Shown: positions 8,808-18,642 of the stretch, one piece after another
How the letters are laid out: every line of letters starts with the position of its first letter
Numbering within the stretch: the stretch's first letter is position 1
Assembly (NCBI GenBank): GCA_963816145.1
Contig: CAWFJP010000026.1
Location: 1-57,554 of the forward strand
Direction of reading: 5' to 3'
Source of the DNA: an uncultured delta proteobacterium
Lineage (GTDB): Bacteria > Desulfobacterota > Binatia > UBA9968
Length of the DNA: 57,554 bases
Program-made: the position numbers and the translations under genes
The notes under the pieces: model-generated
Seen by the model: the letters and a program-made list of their open reading frames with translations, nothing else
What the model was told of the DNA's origin: nothing
Databases searched by the model: none

Positions 8808-9777
8808 CTATTTGCTCCCCGGCAAGAACGCCGGGTCGACGAAACTCTCCCAAGGCTTTTTCTCCGGGAATCATTTTGTCTTCGAAAAGCAGGCGCACCA
8901 TTTCCGCCATGCCGGGGCCGTCGACGGCGCCTTCGAGGCGGAAGGATTTGTTGTCCGGGATCATGAATTTATAAGTTTGTGCCGCTAGCGCCTCGTCGAT
9001 CTTGAGATTTTTTGTCATGAGCTCGACCATGGGCTTTTCATTGGCCGGATCGTTTATCCACCGCATCGCCTGGCCGATGGCGCGCATAAAGCGGGTGAGC
9101 ACCGGGCGGTTTTGCGCCAACGATTTGGTCTGGGCGAAGAAAGACGTGTACTGCAAGTTCTTGATCTCATCGGAATACTTGAGCAGCACTTTGCGGCCGG
9201 CCTCCACCGAGCGGAAATTGAATGGCGGCGCTTCGGCCAGCGATGCTACCGCCGCGCCGGCCGCGACGGCCTGAAATCTTTCCGGGCTGCCGCCGACGAA
9301 AACCAAGGTGTAGGCGGAGGGCGCAATGCCCCGGCGCTGCATGACGTCTTTGAAGATCGTCGTGGTGATGCTGGCCAGCGAAGCGGCAGCGATGCGCTGT
9401 CCCTTCAAGTCCGCGAGTGTTTTGATTTGCGGCTGGCTGATGATTTCATAGGGATAACCGTAGTTCGAGCCGCCGATGATCTTCAGCTCGCCGCCGCGCG
9501 ACACGGCGATGACGCCGAAGTGGGTGCCGGAGCGCGCCAGATCGACGCTGCCGGCGAGTAGCGCCTTGATGACCAGATCGGGCTGCATGAATTGCACATC
9601 GACATCGAGATTTTCCTTGGCGTAGAAACCTCTTTCCTTGGCGACCACATGGTCCATGTCCAATGCGGTCGGGTTGGTCGAGCTTAATGTCAACTTGTCG
9701 GCGGCGTATGTTTGGACCGCCAGACCGATTGAGCCTAACACAGCCAACATGATGAGATTGATCACGGATCGTTTCAT
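8808..9777 (-). CDS. ABC substrate-binding protein, NMT1/SsuA-like; 1-bp frameshift near 8866
   Basis: RBS GGAGG before ATG 9777. Removing one base near 8866 restores EKKPWESFVDPAFLPGSK*, matching the paralog C-terminus EKKSWETFVDAGFLPATAK. Confidence 0.85.
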
Positions 9778-9796
9778 TTTTCTGTCCTCCGCTACC

Positions 9797-9930
9797 AATT
9801 TTAGATTTTGGATTTTCGATTTTAGTTCGCGGGGCCGCTTGTCGGAACCAGAATCGGAAACTTGCTTCAAAGAAAATGCTCTCATGTCTCTTTCTCCCCA
9901 ATCGAAAATCGGCAATCCAAAATCCAAAAT
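9797..9930. repeat. inverted 7-mer tracts (AAAATCC/AAAATCG)
   Basis: ATTTTAGATTTTGGATTTTCGATTTT at ~9798-9823 and AATCGAAAATCGGCAATCCAAAATCCAAAAT at ~9900-9930; also at 10901-10928. Confidence 0.75.
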
Positions 9931-10976
9931 TATTTAATCACCTTATCCGCCCGCGCTAGCACTTGCGGCGGAATCGTCAGACCGATCTGTTTCGCCGCTT
10001 TCAGATTGACGATGAACTCGAACTTCTTCGGCTGCTCGACAGGGAGATCGGCGGGCGTCCGGCCTTTCAGGATCTTGTCCACATACGTAGCAGCACGGCG
10101 AAACAAGTCGGTGAGGCTCACGGCATAGCTCATAAGGCCGCCTTCTTGGACAAATTCTGCATTGGAGTATGCCGCCGGGAGTCGGTGTTTTACCGCAAGT
10201 TCGACAACCTGGGCTCTGTGAGAGTTGAGGACTGCCGCCGTCAGTAGGAGGACGGCGTCAGCGCGTTCCTTGCGTGCGGCTTGATATGTGGTCTCAATAT
10301 CGTTGCCGTCTCGAACATCTAGTAATTGCAGCTTCAGCTTCAACGCCCCTGCGGCGAGTTCCACTTCTTGTAACGTTTGTGCGTTGGCCGGTTCGGTCGA
10401 ACTTCCCAGGACGGCCACCCGCGACAGCCTCGGAACGATCTCCTTCAGAAGCTCCAGTCGTTTTCCGCTTAGCTCCGGGGAAAGAGTTGACAATCCAGTG
10501 ATGTTCCCGCCAGGTCGCGCAAGACTAGCGACAACCCCGCTCCCAACAGGATCGGAGTCCTGCGCCATGATAATGGGAATCGTAGTAGTGGCTGCCTTGG
10601 CTGCACGGGTCACTGACTGGCCAGCCGAGACAATGATGTCGATCTTGAGACGCACAAGCTCGGCGACAAGCGCGGGGAGGCGATTCTGCTCTCCCTCCGC
10701 AGATCGCAACTCAATGACAATGTTTTTCCCATCCACGTAGCCCAGCTCGCGTAGCCCCTGCCGGAACGCCTCGACGCGGGCCGCGTTAGCGGTAAGGGAT
10801 GTGGCACCAAGGTATGCGATCCGGGGGATGTTCGTTGGCTGGGCCCCCACAGCCCCACACATTGCGAATGCGATAACGAGGGCGACAAACCCCACCAGCC
10901 ATTTTGGATTTTCGATTTTAGATTTTGAATTGTCTGAGCAAGAATCCAGAAGTCGGATGGAAATTTTCTCAACCAT
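9930..10976 (-). CDS. ABC transporter substrate-binding protein (ABC_sub_bind, PF04392-like)
   Basis: AFRQGLRELGYVDGKNI, DPVGSGVVASLARPGGNITG, GKRLELLKE and KILKG..PADLPVEQP motifs. Confidence 0.95.
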   Translation of the reverse strand: MVEKISIRLLDSCSDNSKSKIENPKWLVGFVALVIAFAMCGAVGAQPTNIPRIAYLGATSLTANAARVEAFRQGLRELGYVDGKNIVIELRSAEGEQNRLPALVAELVRLKIDIIVSAGQSVTRAAKAATTTIPIIMAQDSDPVGSGVVASLARPGGNITGLSTLSPELSGKRLELLKEIVPRLSRVAVLGSSTEPANAQTLQEVELAAGALKLKLQLLDVRDGNDIETTYQAARKERADAVLLLTAAVLNSHRAQVVELAVKHRLPAAYSNAEFVQEGGLMSYAVSLTDLFRRAATYVDKILKGRTPADLPVEQPKKFEFIVNLKAAKQIGLTIPPQVLARADKVIK

Positions 10977-10998
10977 GTGCGTTCTCCATAATCTAGCC

Positions 10999-11285
10999 CT
11001 ATTTCGCGCGCGCTCGCGGTTTCCTCGTTACCTCGGCAATCAAATCCGCCAAACTTACGAACCGCACTGACAGGCCACTGTAAGATCGCGTGAACGAGCG
11101 CTCGACGTCATTGGCGACCACTAGGTTGTCGCCCTGTGGGTAAGGCTTTCGGAACGCTTGCAGGTTGCCAGCGTCGAAGTCCGACGCGGACCACTTGCAT
11201 TCGATCGCCAACGAGAAGGTTTTGGTGCGAGCCAAGATGAAATCGATCTCGTGGCCGCGTTTGTCGCGCCAGTAGCGAATGGCCG
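10999..11285 (-). pseudogene. C-terminal fragment of an AAA ATPase, DUF4143-like
   Basis: Reads RYWRDKRGHEIDFILAR...AIECK; the N-terminal ATPase is absent because the next gene ends at 11330. Confidence 0.7.
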
Positions 11286-11329
11286 CACTATACGCAATAC
11301 TGCTTGCGTTTAGTACAGCCTCCGAATCA

Positions 11330-12313
11330 TCACCTAATCACCCGATCCGCCCGCGCCAGCACATTGGGCGGAATCGTTAAACCGATCTGCTTCGCCGCTT
11401 TGAGATTGATGATGAACTCAAATTTCTTCGGTTGCTCGACAGGGAGATCGGCGGGCTTGGCGCCGCGCAAAATCTTGTCCACATACATCGCGGCGCGGCG
11501 GAACAAGTCGGCAAAGTTCACGCCGTAGGTCATCAGTCCGCCCGCTTCGACAAATTCTAGAAATGGATACGTCGCTGTCAGCCGGTTTTTTGCCGCAAGA
11601 GCGACAACCTCGGTCCGTTGAAGGTTTAATGGGTTGCTCACCAGCACGATGAGCGCCTCAGCACGGTCCTTGCTGGCGGCTCGAAAGGCAGGTTCAATAT
11701 CCTTGCCATCCAGTATGTCTAGGTACTGAAGCTTCACTTTGAACTCGTTCGCCGCGAGTTTGGTCTCCTTTAACGATTGCTCGTTGCCCGGGTTGTTCGA
11801 TGTTCCGAAGACGGCCACGCGGGCGAGCCTGGGAACGATCTCCTTCAGAAGCTCCAGCCGTTTGCCGCTGAGCTCCGGAGCGAGGGTGGCCAATCCAGTA
11901 ATGTTCCCACCAGGCCGGGCCAGGCTATCGACAAAGCCGTTGCCAACAGGATCGTTGTCCTGGAGCATGACAATAGGAATCGTGGACGTTGCGTCCTTGG
12001 CGACACGAGTCGATGTTCCACCCGCCGTGACGATGACATCTACCTTGAGGCTCACCAGCTCCGCCGCGAGCGTGGGCAGACGATCGATTTTTCCCTCAGC
12101 CCACCGATACTCGATGACAACATGTTTCCCCTCTATGTATCCATACTCGCGCAGACCTTGCCTGAACGCTTCAATACGGGCCGGCAAATTCGCAGCAGAT
12201 GCACCGCCCAGGAGTCCTACGCGAATGACTTTGTTTGGCTGCTGCGCCTGGGCGACGGAGACATTTGTGAGTAAGAAAGTTCCCAGTAAACAGACAAGAT
12301 TTGTTTTGGTCAC
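11330..12313 (-). CDS. ABC transporter substrate-binding protein (ABC_sub_bind, PF04392-like)
   Basis: Same motifs as 9930..10976 (SLARPGGNITG, PADLPVEQPKKFE, ARADRVIR). Confidence 0.95.
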   Translation of the reverse strand: MTKTNLVCLLGTFLLTNVSVAQAQQPNKVIRVGLLGGASAANLPARIEAFRQGLREYGYIEGKHVVIEYRWAEGKIDRLPTLAAELVSLKVDVIVTAGGTSTRVAKDATSTIPIVMLQDNDPVGNGFVDSLARPGGNITGLATLAPELSGKRLELLKEIVPRLARVAVFGTSNNPGNEQSLKETKLAANEFKVKLQYLDILDGKDIEPAFRAASKDRAEALIVLVSNPLNLQRTEVVALAAKNRLTATYPFLEFVEAGGLMTYGVNFADLFRRAAMYVDKILRGAKPADLPVEQPKKFEFIINLKAAKQIGLTIPPNVLARADRVIR

Positions 12314-12355
12314 AGAGTCGCTTTCCTTCCTGTTGCCTCACGCCCGTCGCCTTCT

Positions 12356-13445
12356 TCACTTCTCCTCAAACTCGTCTAGCGCGTCGAAGCGCGGCTCGAG
12401 GCCCAGGCCCGGTGTCTCGGGTAGCGTCACCCAGCCGTTCGACCGGCGCGGGCGGTTCTTTGTAGACCTTGTCGCCGATGCCCCACATCTCGAAATGAAA
12501 CTCGACGCGCCAGCCGTTGGCCATGGCGGCTTGGAGGTGCATGTTGTGATGCGGCCAGCCGCCGCCGTTGGCGATAGGTAGGTTAAACGCTTGCGCCAGC
12601 GCGGCGACTTTCACCGCTTCGGTGTAGCCGCCGACCGAGCAGACATTCGGTTGCGCGATGTCGACGGCGTGGTTGGCGATCAACTCTCGATGGCGAAAAC
12701 GGTGGCCTTCGTTTTGGCCGGCGGCAATGGGAATGCTGGTGTGGCGGCGCAGGTCGGCGAGCAGCAGGGCGTCGTTTTGATAGACCGGTTCTTCGAACCA
12801 GGTGATGCCCAGCGGTTCGACCAGCTTGCAGAGTTCGACCGCGCGGTTGAACGAGAACAGATAATTCGCATCGATCATCAACTCGACATCGTCGCCGACG
12901 GCGTCGCGCACGGCTTCGACGCGCATGGCGTCGACTTTGGGATTCTCCGGGTCGACGGCGACGACCATCTTCAAACGCTTCTCGCCTTGGGCGACCAACT
13001 GCTTGGCGACTTCGACCAACTGCTCTTTCTTGTATTGTTTCAAGCCGAAGGTGATGTAGGCTTGCACCGGGTTCTGCGCCCCGCCGAGCAGGCGCCACAC
13101 AGGTTCTTTGTAGTGTTTGCCTTTGATATCCCAGAGGGCGATGTCGATGGTGCTGACCGCCGAACTCCACATGCCGGTTTGCACCCGGGCATTGAACTGT
13201 TTCAACAGATCGTTCCAAACGCGCTCGGTTTCCAGCGGGTTCTTGCCTCTCAAGAATGGCGCGACTTCGCGGTTGATGAACTCTTTCATGCCGAACCGCT
13301 GTCCACCGCGAGTCAGGCCATGGCCGGTGACGCCTATGTCGGTCTCGACGGTGGTGAAGACGATCGGTGTAACGATCTTTTCTTCGAGCAGCGGCACCTC
13401 GACCGGGACGCGGTGGATGGATGCTTTTACATCGGTGATTTTCAA
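12356..13445 (-). CDS. mandelate racemase/muconate lactonizing enzyme family protein; frameshift near 12440
   Basis: AGGAGG then TTG at 13445; IDIALWDIKGK, KRLKM, MIDAN, WFEEP. The shifted frame restores NGWVTLPETPGLG...EEK*. Confidence 0.9.
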
Positions 13446-13565
13446 GAAATACCTCCTACAAGTTTCGGACTGACAGTTATCCTGGAACGACGTGGAACTG
13501 CAAGCCAAGAGGGAGGAGGAAGTCAGAAGGCAGAAGTCGGGAGTCAGTAGTCAGAAGTCCGGATC

Positions 13566-13592
13566 TGTCATTTCGAGCGTAGCGAGAAATCT
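13566..13592. repeat. R3 REP-like palindrome TGTCATTTCGAGCG.AGCGAGAAATCT
   Basis: Other copies at 14752-14778, 14881-14907, 14922-14949 and 36993-37019. A 7-mer AGTCAGA tract precedes it at ~13520-13560. Confidence 0.8.
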
Positions 13593-13645
13593 GTGTTATT
13601 CCGAGCAGTGACCGAAAACGGGGTTGAACCCTTGGTAAATTGTCC

Positions 13646-13674
13646 TTGACGGCCGGTCGTAACGGCTTTATGAG
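13646..13674 (+). promoter_or_regulatory. sigma70-like promoter
   Basis: TTGACG-N17-TATGAG upstream of RBS GGAGG and ATG 13702. Confidence 0.45.
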
Positions 13675-13701
13675 ATCAGAGCATTGCTGGAGGGCAATAC
13701 T

Positions 13702-14649
13702 ATGTGGCGAATCGGAGTGATTTCAGTTGTTGTTATTCTCGGCAGCTTAAATTTGGCCCAGGCTCAGCCGGTACGCGGCGCGTTTCCTTCGCCGAGCGTG
13801 CAGATACTGCCGATGATGGTGGCTCAGGAGCGCGGCTTCTATAAGCGCGAGGGGTTGGATCTGGAACTGATCTTTGTTCGGGGCGCGTCGACCGCGGTGC
13901 AAGCGCTGATCGCCAATCAGATCCATTTTATTTTTTCCATCGGACCGCAAATGCCGGCGGTGTGGGAAGGCAATGACATCATACTCCTCGCCCAGCAGGT
14001 CGGCCGGCCGACGTTCTCGATGGTGGTGACACCGGATATTCAGAAGATCGCCGATTTGAAAGGCAAGAAGATCGGCGTGACCTTCGGCGGCTCGACGGCG
14101 GCCGGCACAAAGGCGCTGCTCGAACTCAACAAGATCAACCCCGATAAGGATGTCGAGTACATCAGCTTGCCGGGCAACGAGCCGAAGATCGCGGCGATGA
14201 AGCAGGGAATCATCTCGGCGGCGCTGTTGGCGCCGCCGGCGGATTATTTGGCGATGAAAGCGGGTCTCAAGCGGCTAGTGAGTCTGGCCGACATTTTCAA
14301 AGACACGGCCTTTACCGGACTGGCTGCGAATAGAAAAACCATCATCGAAAATCCCCAGATGGTCAAACGCATGGTGCGCGCCATCGTGCGCTCGGTATTG
14401 CACACGCGCGACAATCCGGAAGACGCGATGCAAGTCCTGACCAGGCGGCTGGGCCTCGATCGCGACGCGGCGCAGGATGCCTACCAGATGATCAAAGACG
14501 CGCTGGTGCCGGTGCCGACGGAAAAAGGCGTGGAATTGATGGCCCAGTGGCAAGCGATCGCGCTCAACATCAAGCCCAAGCGCAAACCGGCGGAGTACAT
14601 GGATCTGCGCTTCGTCAATGAAGTCATGGCGGAACTGGGACAGAAGTGA
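13702..14649 (+). CDS. ABC substrate-binding protein, NMT1/SsuA-like
   Basis: Signal peptide, GFYKREGLDLE, DLKGKKIGV and YMDLRFVNEV motifs. Confidence 0.92.
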   Translation: MWRIGVISVVVILGSLNLAQAQPVRGAFPSPSVQILPMMVAQERGFYKREGLDLELIFVRGASTAVQALIANQIHFIFSIGPQMPAVWEGNDIILLAQQVGRPTFSMVVTPDIQKIADLKGKKIGVTFGGSTAAGTKALLELNKINPDKDVEYISLPGNEPKIAAMKQGIISAALLAPPADYLAMKAGLKRLVSLADIFKDTAFTGLAANRKTIIENPQMVKRMVRAIVRSVLHTRDNPEDAMQVLTRRLGLDRDAAQDAYQMIKDALVPVPTEKGVELMAQWQAIALNIKPKRKPAEYMDLRFVNEVMAELGQK

Positions 14650-14751
14650 TGCTTTCACCGGGCTAACGCCATGGCCCTATTGATCTTTTGACCTATTTGC
14701 TACCCATGGCGCTGTCGTGTTGTAGTTTTTTACTATCCCGCCGATTCGAAT

Positions 14752-14778
14752 AGATTTCTCGCTCCGCTCGAAATGACA
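14752..14778. repeat. R3 REP-like palindrome (reverse orientation)
   Basis: AGATTTCTCGCTCCGCTCGAAATGACA. Confidence 0.8.
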
Positions 14779-14836
14779 ACTCTTGAATTGCTGTCATCCC
14801 GAACCAAGAGAGTGGTCGGTCCGAAGCGACCCCTGG

Positions 14837-14969
14837 GTAGTGGTTCAGTTTGAGTCGGGCGGACATTTTCAGCCTGAGAAAGATTTCTTGCTGCGTTCGA
14901 AATGACAGAAGAATAGTCGATTTGTCATCTCGAACGAAGTGAGAGATCTCGGTCTGACTGAACCACTAC
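14837..14969. mobile_element. MITE-like element with 13-bp perfect terminal inverted repeats enclosing an R3 REP pair
   Basis: GTAGTGGTTCAGT (14837-14849) and ACTGAACCACTAC (14957-14969); internal inverted R3 copies. Confidence 0.65.
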
Positions 14970-14994
14970 AGACGCCTGGCGCGAATTGACGCCG

Positions 14995-15023
14995 TTGACA
15001 TCGGTTGTGCATAGACCTAGCCT
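14995..15023 (+). promoter_or_regulatory. sigma70-like promoter, probably leaderless
   Basis: TTGACA-N17-TAGCCT, 8 nt before ATG 15032. Confidence 0.55.
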
Positions 15024-15031
15024 CGGATCGT

Positions 15032-15691
15032 ATGAAGATGGCAAGCAATCTCGCTTGGCTGTCCGTGATTCTGTTGCTCGCCAGTTGTGCGGCGTTTAGC
15101 ACGGGGACCCAGGTGCAGTCGGGCCGGCGCGCACTCTTGGTAAACGATCCCGAACGGGCGCTGCCTTATTTCCTCGAAGCGGCCCAGAGCGATCCCAACT
15201 ACGTCTATCGCTCGGTGTATTTTCACGAAGGCATCTGGACTTACGTCGGCCGTACACAATACGCCACCAAGCGTTATGCCGAGGCGCGCCAATCGCTCGA
15301 ACGCGCACTCTCACTCGATACCACCGATCTCTTAGCTCGGCTTTATTTTGGCCTTACGTTGGCGCGCAGTGGCGATGGCGTAATGGGTACCAAGGAGATC
15401 CTTGAGGGCATGAAGGGTATTTACGATTGGCTTGAATATATGCAGCGCAGCCGGCCGTTCGAAGATTATTGGGATCCGCTGCGGGAAATCCGCAAGGCGA
15501 TCGAGCCATATCTACCGCGCGCGCCGGGCGGTGATTTGGTTGTTCCCGAGGGATTGGTTGCCGATGCTGAGTGGCTTGGAAACAAAATGGAAGACGAAAT
15601 TGAGCGCGTACGCCAGGACGAGCAGCGGCGGTATGATCGCGATTTCGATCGCAGGCAGGGCGGGTCGATCGGATTTGGCATCGGGTTCTAG
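15032..15691 (+). CDS. TPR-containing lipoprotein
   Basis: Lipobox LLASC, TPR-like helices (YAEARQSLERALSLD..ARLYFGLTL) and a GGSIGFGIGF tail. Confidence 0.8.
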   Translation: MKMASNLAWLSVILLLASCAAFSTGTQVQSGRRALLVNDPERALPYFLEAAQSDPNYVYRSVYFHEGIWTYVGRTQYATKRYAEARQSLERALSLDTTDLLARLYFGLTLARSGDGVMGTKEILEGMKGIYDWLEYMQRSRPFEDYWDPLREIRKAIEPYLPRAPGGDLVVPEGLVADAEWLGNKMEDEIERVRQDEQRRYDRDFDRRQGGSIGFGIGF

Positions 15692-15719
15692 GGATGCCGT
15701 TGAGATATGTCTCAACGGC

Positions 15720-15760
15720 CGTTCCAGTCGTTCCAAAGGTTGCAAACGTTCCAATCGATT
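15720..15760. repeat. 9-mer tandem tract (GTTCCAATC family)
   Basis: CGTTCCAGTCGTTCCAAAGGTTGCAAACGTTCCAATCG. Confidence 0.75.
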
Positions 15761-15801
15761 CGTAGCTGACTTCCCGACTCAATTCGAACACGAATACGTT
15801 C

Positions 15802-16563
15802 CTATTTCTCTCCCGCCAGTAATTTTCCCCAGCCTTTGACCGGCGGAATAATGCCGGTGCGGACGAGGTCGTACCATACTTCGGCGCTCATGTTGGTGAA
15901 GGCAGGCTTGCCGAACTCCGCTTCGACTGCCGGAATCACGTGCAGCGCCATCGCCGCGCCGCCGGGGATCGAGATCCCTTCGGCTTGCGGCCACTTGTTC
16001 GCGGCTTCACGACCGACTTCAAGGGCCATTTCCAAGCCTTGCTCCAGGCTCATGGCGAATGAATCCGACGCCCACTGATTTCTTTTGGTGATGCCGACGA
16101 CTTCGATGCCGCCCGAGGCGAGATAGGCGACGATGGCATTGTTGACCGGGTCGGCCCAGCGGCTGCCGACGGCAAGAGTTCGCAAGCCCAGATGTTTCAT
16201 TGCAGCGATCAACGCTTCCAGTGGCGCGTCGACGATGATGCCATAGCGTTCTTTGGTTTGCGCAATGAGTTCTTGAACCCGCGGCCGGGTGAGCATCGCC
16301 GAGATTGGCGCGCCGCTGAAGATGATCAGATCGGCTTTCTCCTTGGCCAGGCGCTCGACGCAGGTCCAATAGTTACCGATGGCCTTTTCGACGCCGTCTT
16401 TGGTGTAGTTCGTCAATCCAAGGCCGGTGGAGATTTCCATGAAGTCATTGGGGACCAGGCGGTAGAGCTGGTAGCAAGGACCGCGCTGGACATCTTCATG
16501 GGCGCGCGGATGGATGACGCCGTAGCGAAAACGGGGCATGAGCAGTTTGGCGTAATCGGTCAT
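15802..16563 (-). CDS. maleate isomerase/arylmalonate decarboxylase (Asp/Glu racemase superfamily)-like protein
   Basis: GVIHP, ALIAAMKHLGLRTLAV, GIEVV, EAEFGKP and GWGKLL fold signatures. Confidence 0.75.
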   Translation of the reverse strand: MTDYAKLLMPRFRYGVIHPRAHEDVQRGPCYQLYRLVPNDFMEISTGLGLTNYTKDGVEKAIGNYWTCVERLAKEKADLIIFSGAPISAMLTRPRVQELIAQTKERYGIIVDAPLEALIAAMKHLGLRTLAVGSRWADPVNNAIVAYLASGGIEVVGITKRNQWASDSFAMSLEQGLEMALEVGREAANKWPQAEGISIPGGAAMALHVIPAVEAEFGKPAFTNMSAEVWYDLVRTGIIPPVKGWGKLLAGEK

Positions 16564-16657
16564 GGTTCACCTCGGGATTTGGATTTGGATCAGTTAACCA
16601 CAAAGAGTACAAAGGACACAAAAGGTTTCAATTGGGTGAGTCATGATTCGCCCTTCG

Positions 16658-17641
16658 TCATATGCTGAGTTTGAGCAACTGAATCACATTGTCACCCAGG
16701 ATTTTATCTTTCTCGCGTTTCGGTATCGGCATCGCTTCGATGCTCGGAACGGCGGCGGGTAGATCACCGATGATGAGCGGGAAGTCGCTGCCGAGCACCA
16801 TGCGGCCGGCGCCGTAGAATTCGTAGGCCATGGCCAACGCCGGTTGATAAAATGACACGGTGTCGCAGTAAAGGTCGCGCAGATATTCCGAGGTCGGCTT
16901 TTTAGTTTTGATGCCGCAAGTGGGATCGTTATAACCGCGGTCGATGCGGCCGGCCAAGAACGGGATGCCCGCGCCGAGATGGGAGATGACGAAATTCAAT
17001 TCGGGAAACTTTTCGAGCACGCCGGCGTAGGCCAAGCGCGTCGCCGACAGGACGATATCGAACTCGAAGCCCAAGATGATCGCCAACCGCCACTCCTGCA
17101 TGACCTGCGCGCCCAGCGGCGTCGTCGGATGAATGAAAATCGGCACGCCGAGTTCTTGGGCGCGGGCGTAGACCGGCAAGAGAAATTCCGAATCGACCAT
17201 TTTGCCGGCGACGTTGGTGAGCATGCACATGCCCTTGAAACCGAGATCTTGGACGGCGCGGTCGAGTTCCTTCAAGGCGAGCTTGGTGTCGATCAGCGGC
17301 AACATGGCGAGGCCTTGGAACTGCTTGGGATATTTTCTGACGGCTTTGGCGATGCCGTCGTTGATGATCCGGCTCATCTCGGCGCTCTCGTCGGGCGAGA
17401 ATCGGTCGACGCCGGGGTGCGGGGAAGATAGGATCTGCATGTCGACGCGGTGCTCTTTGATGCGGTCGACGCGCACGTCGGTGTCGAAAAAGTCGGGAAT
17501 GATCGGCCCGGCTCTGGCGCCCATGCTCAAGATCCATTTCTGCCCTTTGGCGTCGGTCTCGATGCGCACATCGCCGCTGGAGGCTTCGAGCTTTTTCAAA
17601 TAGTCTTCCGGATAGATATGGGCGTGAAAGTCAATGTTCAT
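16658..17641 (-). CDS. amidohydrolase_2 family, ACMSD-like decarboxylase/hydratase
   Basis: IDFHAH, PIFIHP, SHLGAGIPFLAGRID and LGSDFP motifs. Confidence 0.9.
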   Translation of the reverse strand: MNIDFHAHIYPEDYLKKLEASSGDVRIETDAKGQKWILSMGARAGPIIPDFFDTDVRVDRIKEHRVDMQILSSPHPGVDRFSPDESAEMSRIINDGIAKAVRKYPKQFQGLAMLPLIDTKLALKELDRAVQDLGFKGMCMLTNVAGKMVDSEFLLPVYARAQELGVPIFIHPTTPLGAQVMQEWRLAIILGFEFDIVLSATRLAYAGVLEKFPELNFVISHLGAGIPFLAGRIDRGYNDPTCGIKTKKPTSEYLRDLYCDTVSFYQPALAMAYEFYGAGRMVLGSDFPLIIGDLPAAVPSIEAMPIPKREKDKILGDNVIQLLKLSI

Positions 17642-17659
17642 GTTTCGGACTCCTTAACT

Positions 17660-17797
17660 CGTTCCAATAGTTCCAATCGTTCCAGCGGTTCCAATCGTTT
17701 CAGAAATCCGAACCCTGGAACTTTTGAGCCTTGAATCGCAACGCAAGTCGCATCTTGAACCGACCGGAAACCTTGAACTTAGAACCTTGAACCTTTT
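17660..17797. repeat. 9-mer GTTCCAATC tract followed by a 7-mer AACCTTG tract
   Basis: GTTCCAATAGTTCCAATCGTTCCAGCGGTTCCAATCG ... AACCTTGAACTTAGAACCTTGAACC. Confidence 0.75.
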
Positions 17798-18640
17798 CTA
17801 AAGTCCGAGAATCCGCTCGGCGTTGCCGTGAAAAATTTTCTCCATCAATTCGTCCGGGTAGCCGAGCTCGCGCCATTCCTTGAAAATTCGCTCGTACGGG
17901 ATGCTGGGATAATCACTGCCGAACATGACTTTGTCTTTCAGGCGGCTTTTGATATCACGCTTGATCGCGTCGGGAAAATATTTCGGCGCCCAACCGGACA
18001 TTTCCCACGACACGTTTCCCTTGTGCAGCGCCACGGCGATCATTTCGTCGGTCCACGGCCAGCCGGGGTGCGCCGCTACGATATTCAGATTTGGAAAATC
18101 GGCAGCGAGCTGATCGATGGCTGCCGGGTGGGCATGACGAATCACGGCTCCCAAGCCACCGGGCATGCCCGCGCCCATGCCGGTGGTGCCGACGTCGATC
18201 ATCACGGGAACTTTCAGTTCGTTGATCGTCTCCCACAGTGGATAAAGCTTGCGGTCGTCGACGGAGAAATGGCCCATGATCGGATGAAAGTGAAAACCCA
18301 AAAGTTTTAAATCGTTGATCGCTGTTTTTGCCGCTTCGATGGCAACTTCGCCCTTGAGCGGGTCGACGGCGCCCCAAGCTTGGCGAATGACCCCAGAATG
18401 GCGATCGCGCATCTGGGCGACATATTCATTGGTGCAGGGCGGCGAGCCGGTGACCGATTCGATGTCGAATGCTACTAGCAGCGCCTCGACGCCGGCTTGT
18501 TTGAATTCTTCGATGACCTCGGATTCTTGCTTCCAGGTCCAGGCGCGATTCCAATATTTCGCCAGCGCTTCGACGTAGGGCCCTTGCGATTTGATCCAGG
18601 GTTCGGTGTTGGGATAACAGTGCAGGTCGATGATTCTCAC
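17798..18640 (-). CDS. amidohydrolase_2 family, resembles CouO-type aryl-beta-ketoacyl-CoA hydrolase
   Basis: GTG start 2 bp after the ligase stop; IIDLHC, TGMGAGMPGG, DQLAADFP, AHPGWPW, SGWAPKYFP and FGSDYP. Confidence 0.85.
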   Translation of the reverse strand: MRIIDLHCYPNTEPWIKSQGPYVEALAKYWNRAWTWKQESEVIEEFKQAGVEALLVAFDIESVTGSPPCTNEYVAQMRDRHSGVIRQAWGAVDPLKGEVAIEAAKTAINDLKLLGFHFHPIMGHFSVDDRKLYPLWETINELKVPVMIDVGTTGMGAGMPGGLGAVIRHAHPAAIDQLAADFPNLNIVAAHPGWPWTDEMIAVALHKGNVSWEMSGWAPKYFPDAIKRDIKSRLKDKVMFGSDYPSIPYERIFKEWRELGYPDELMEKIFHGNAERILGL

Positions 18641-18642
18641 GT

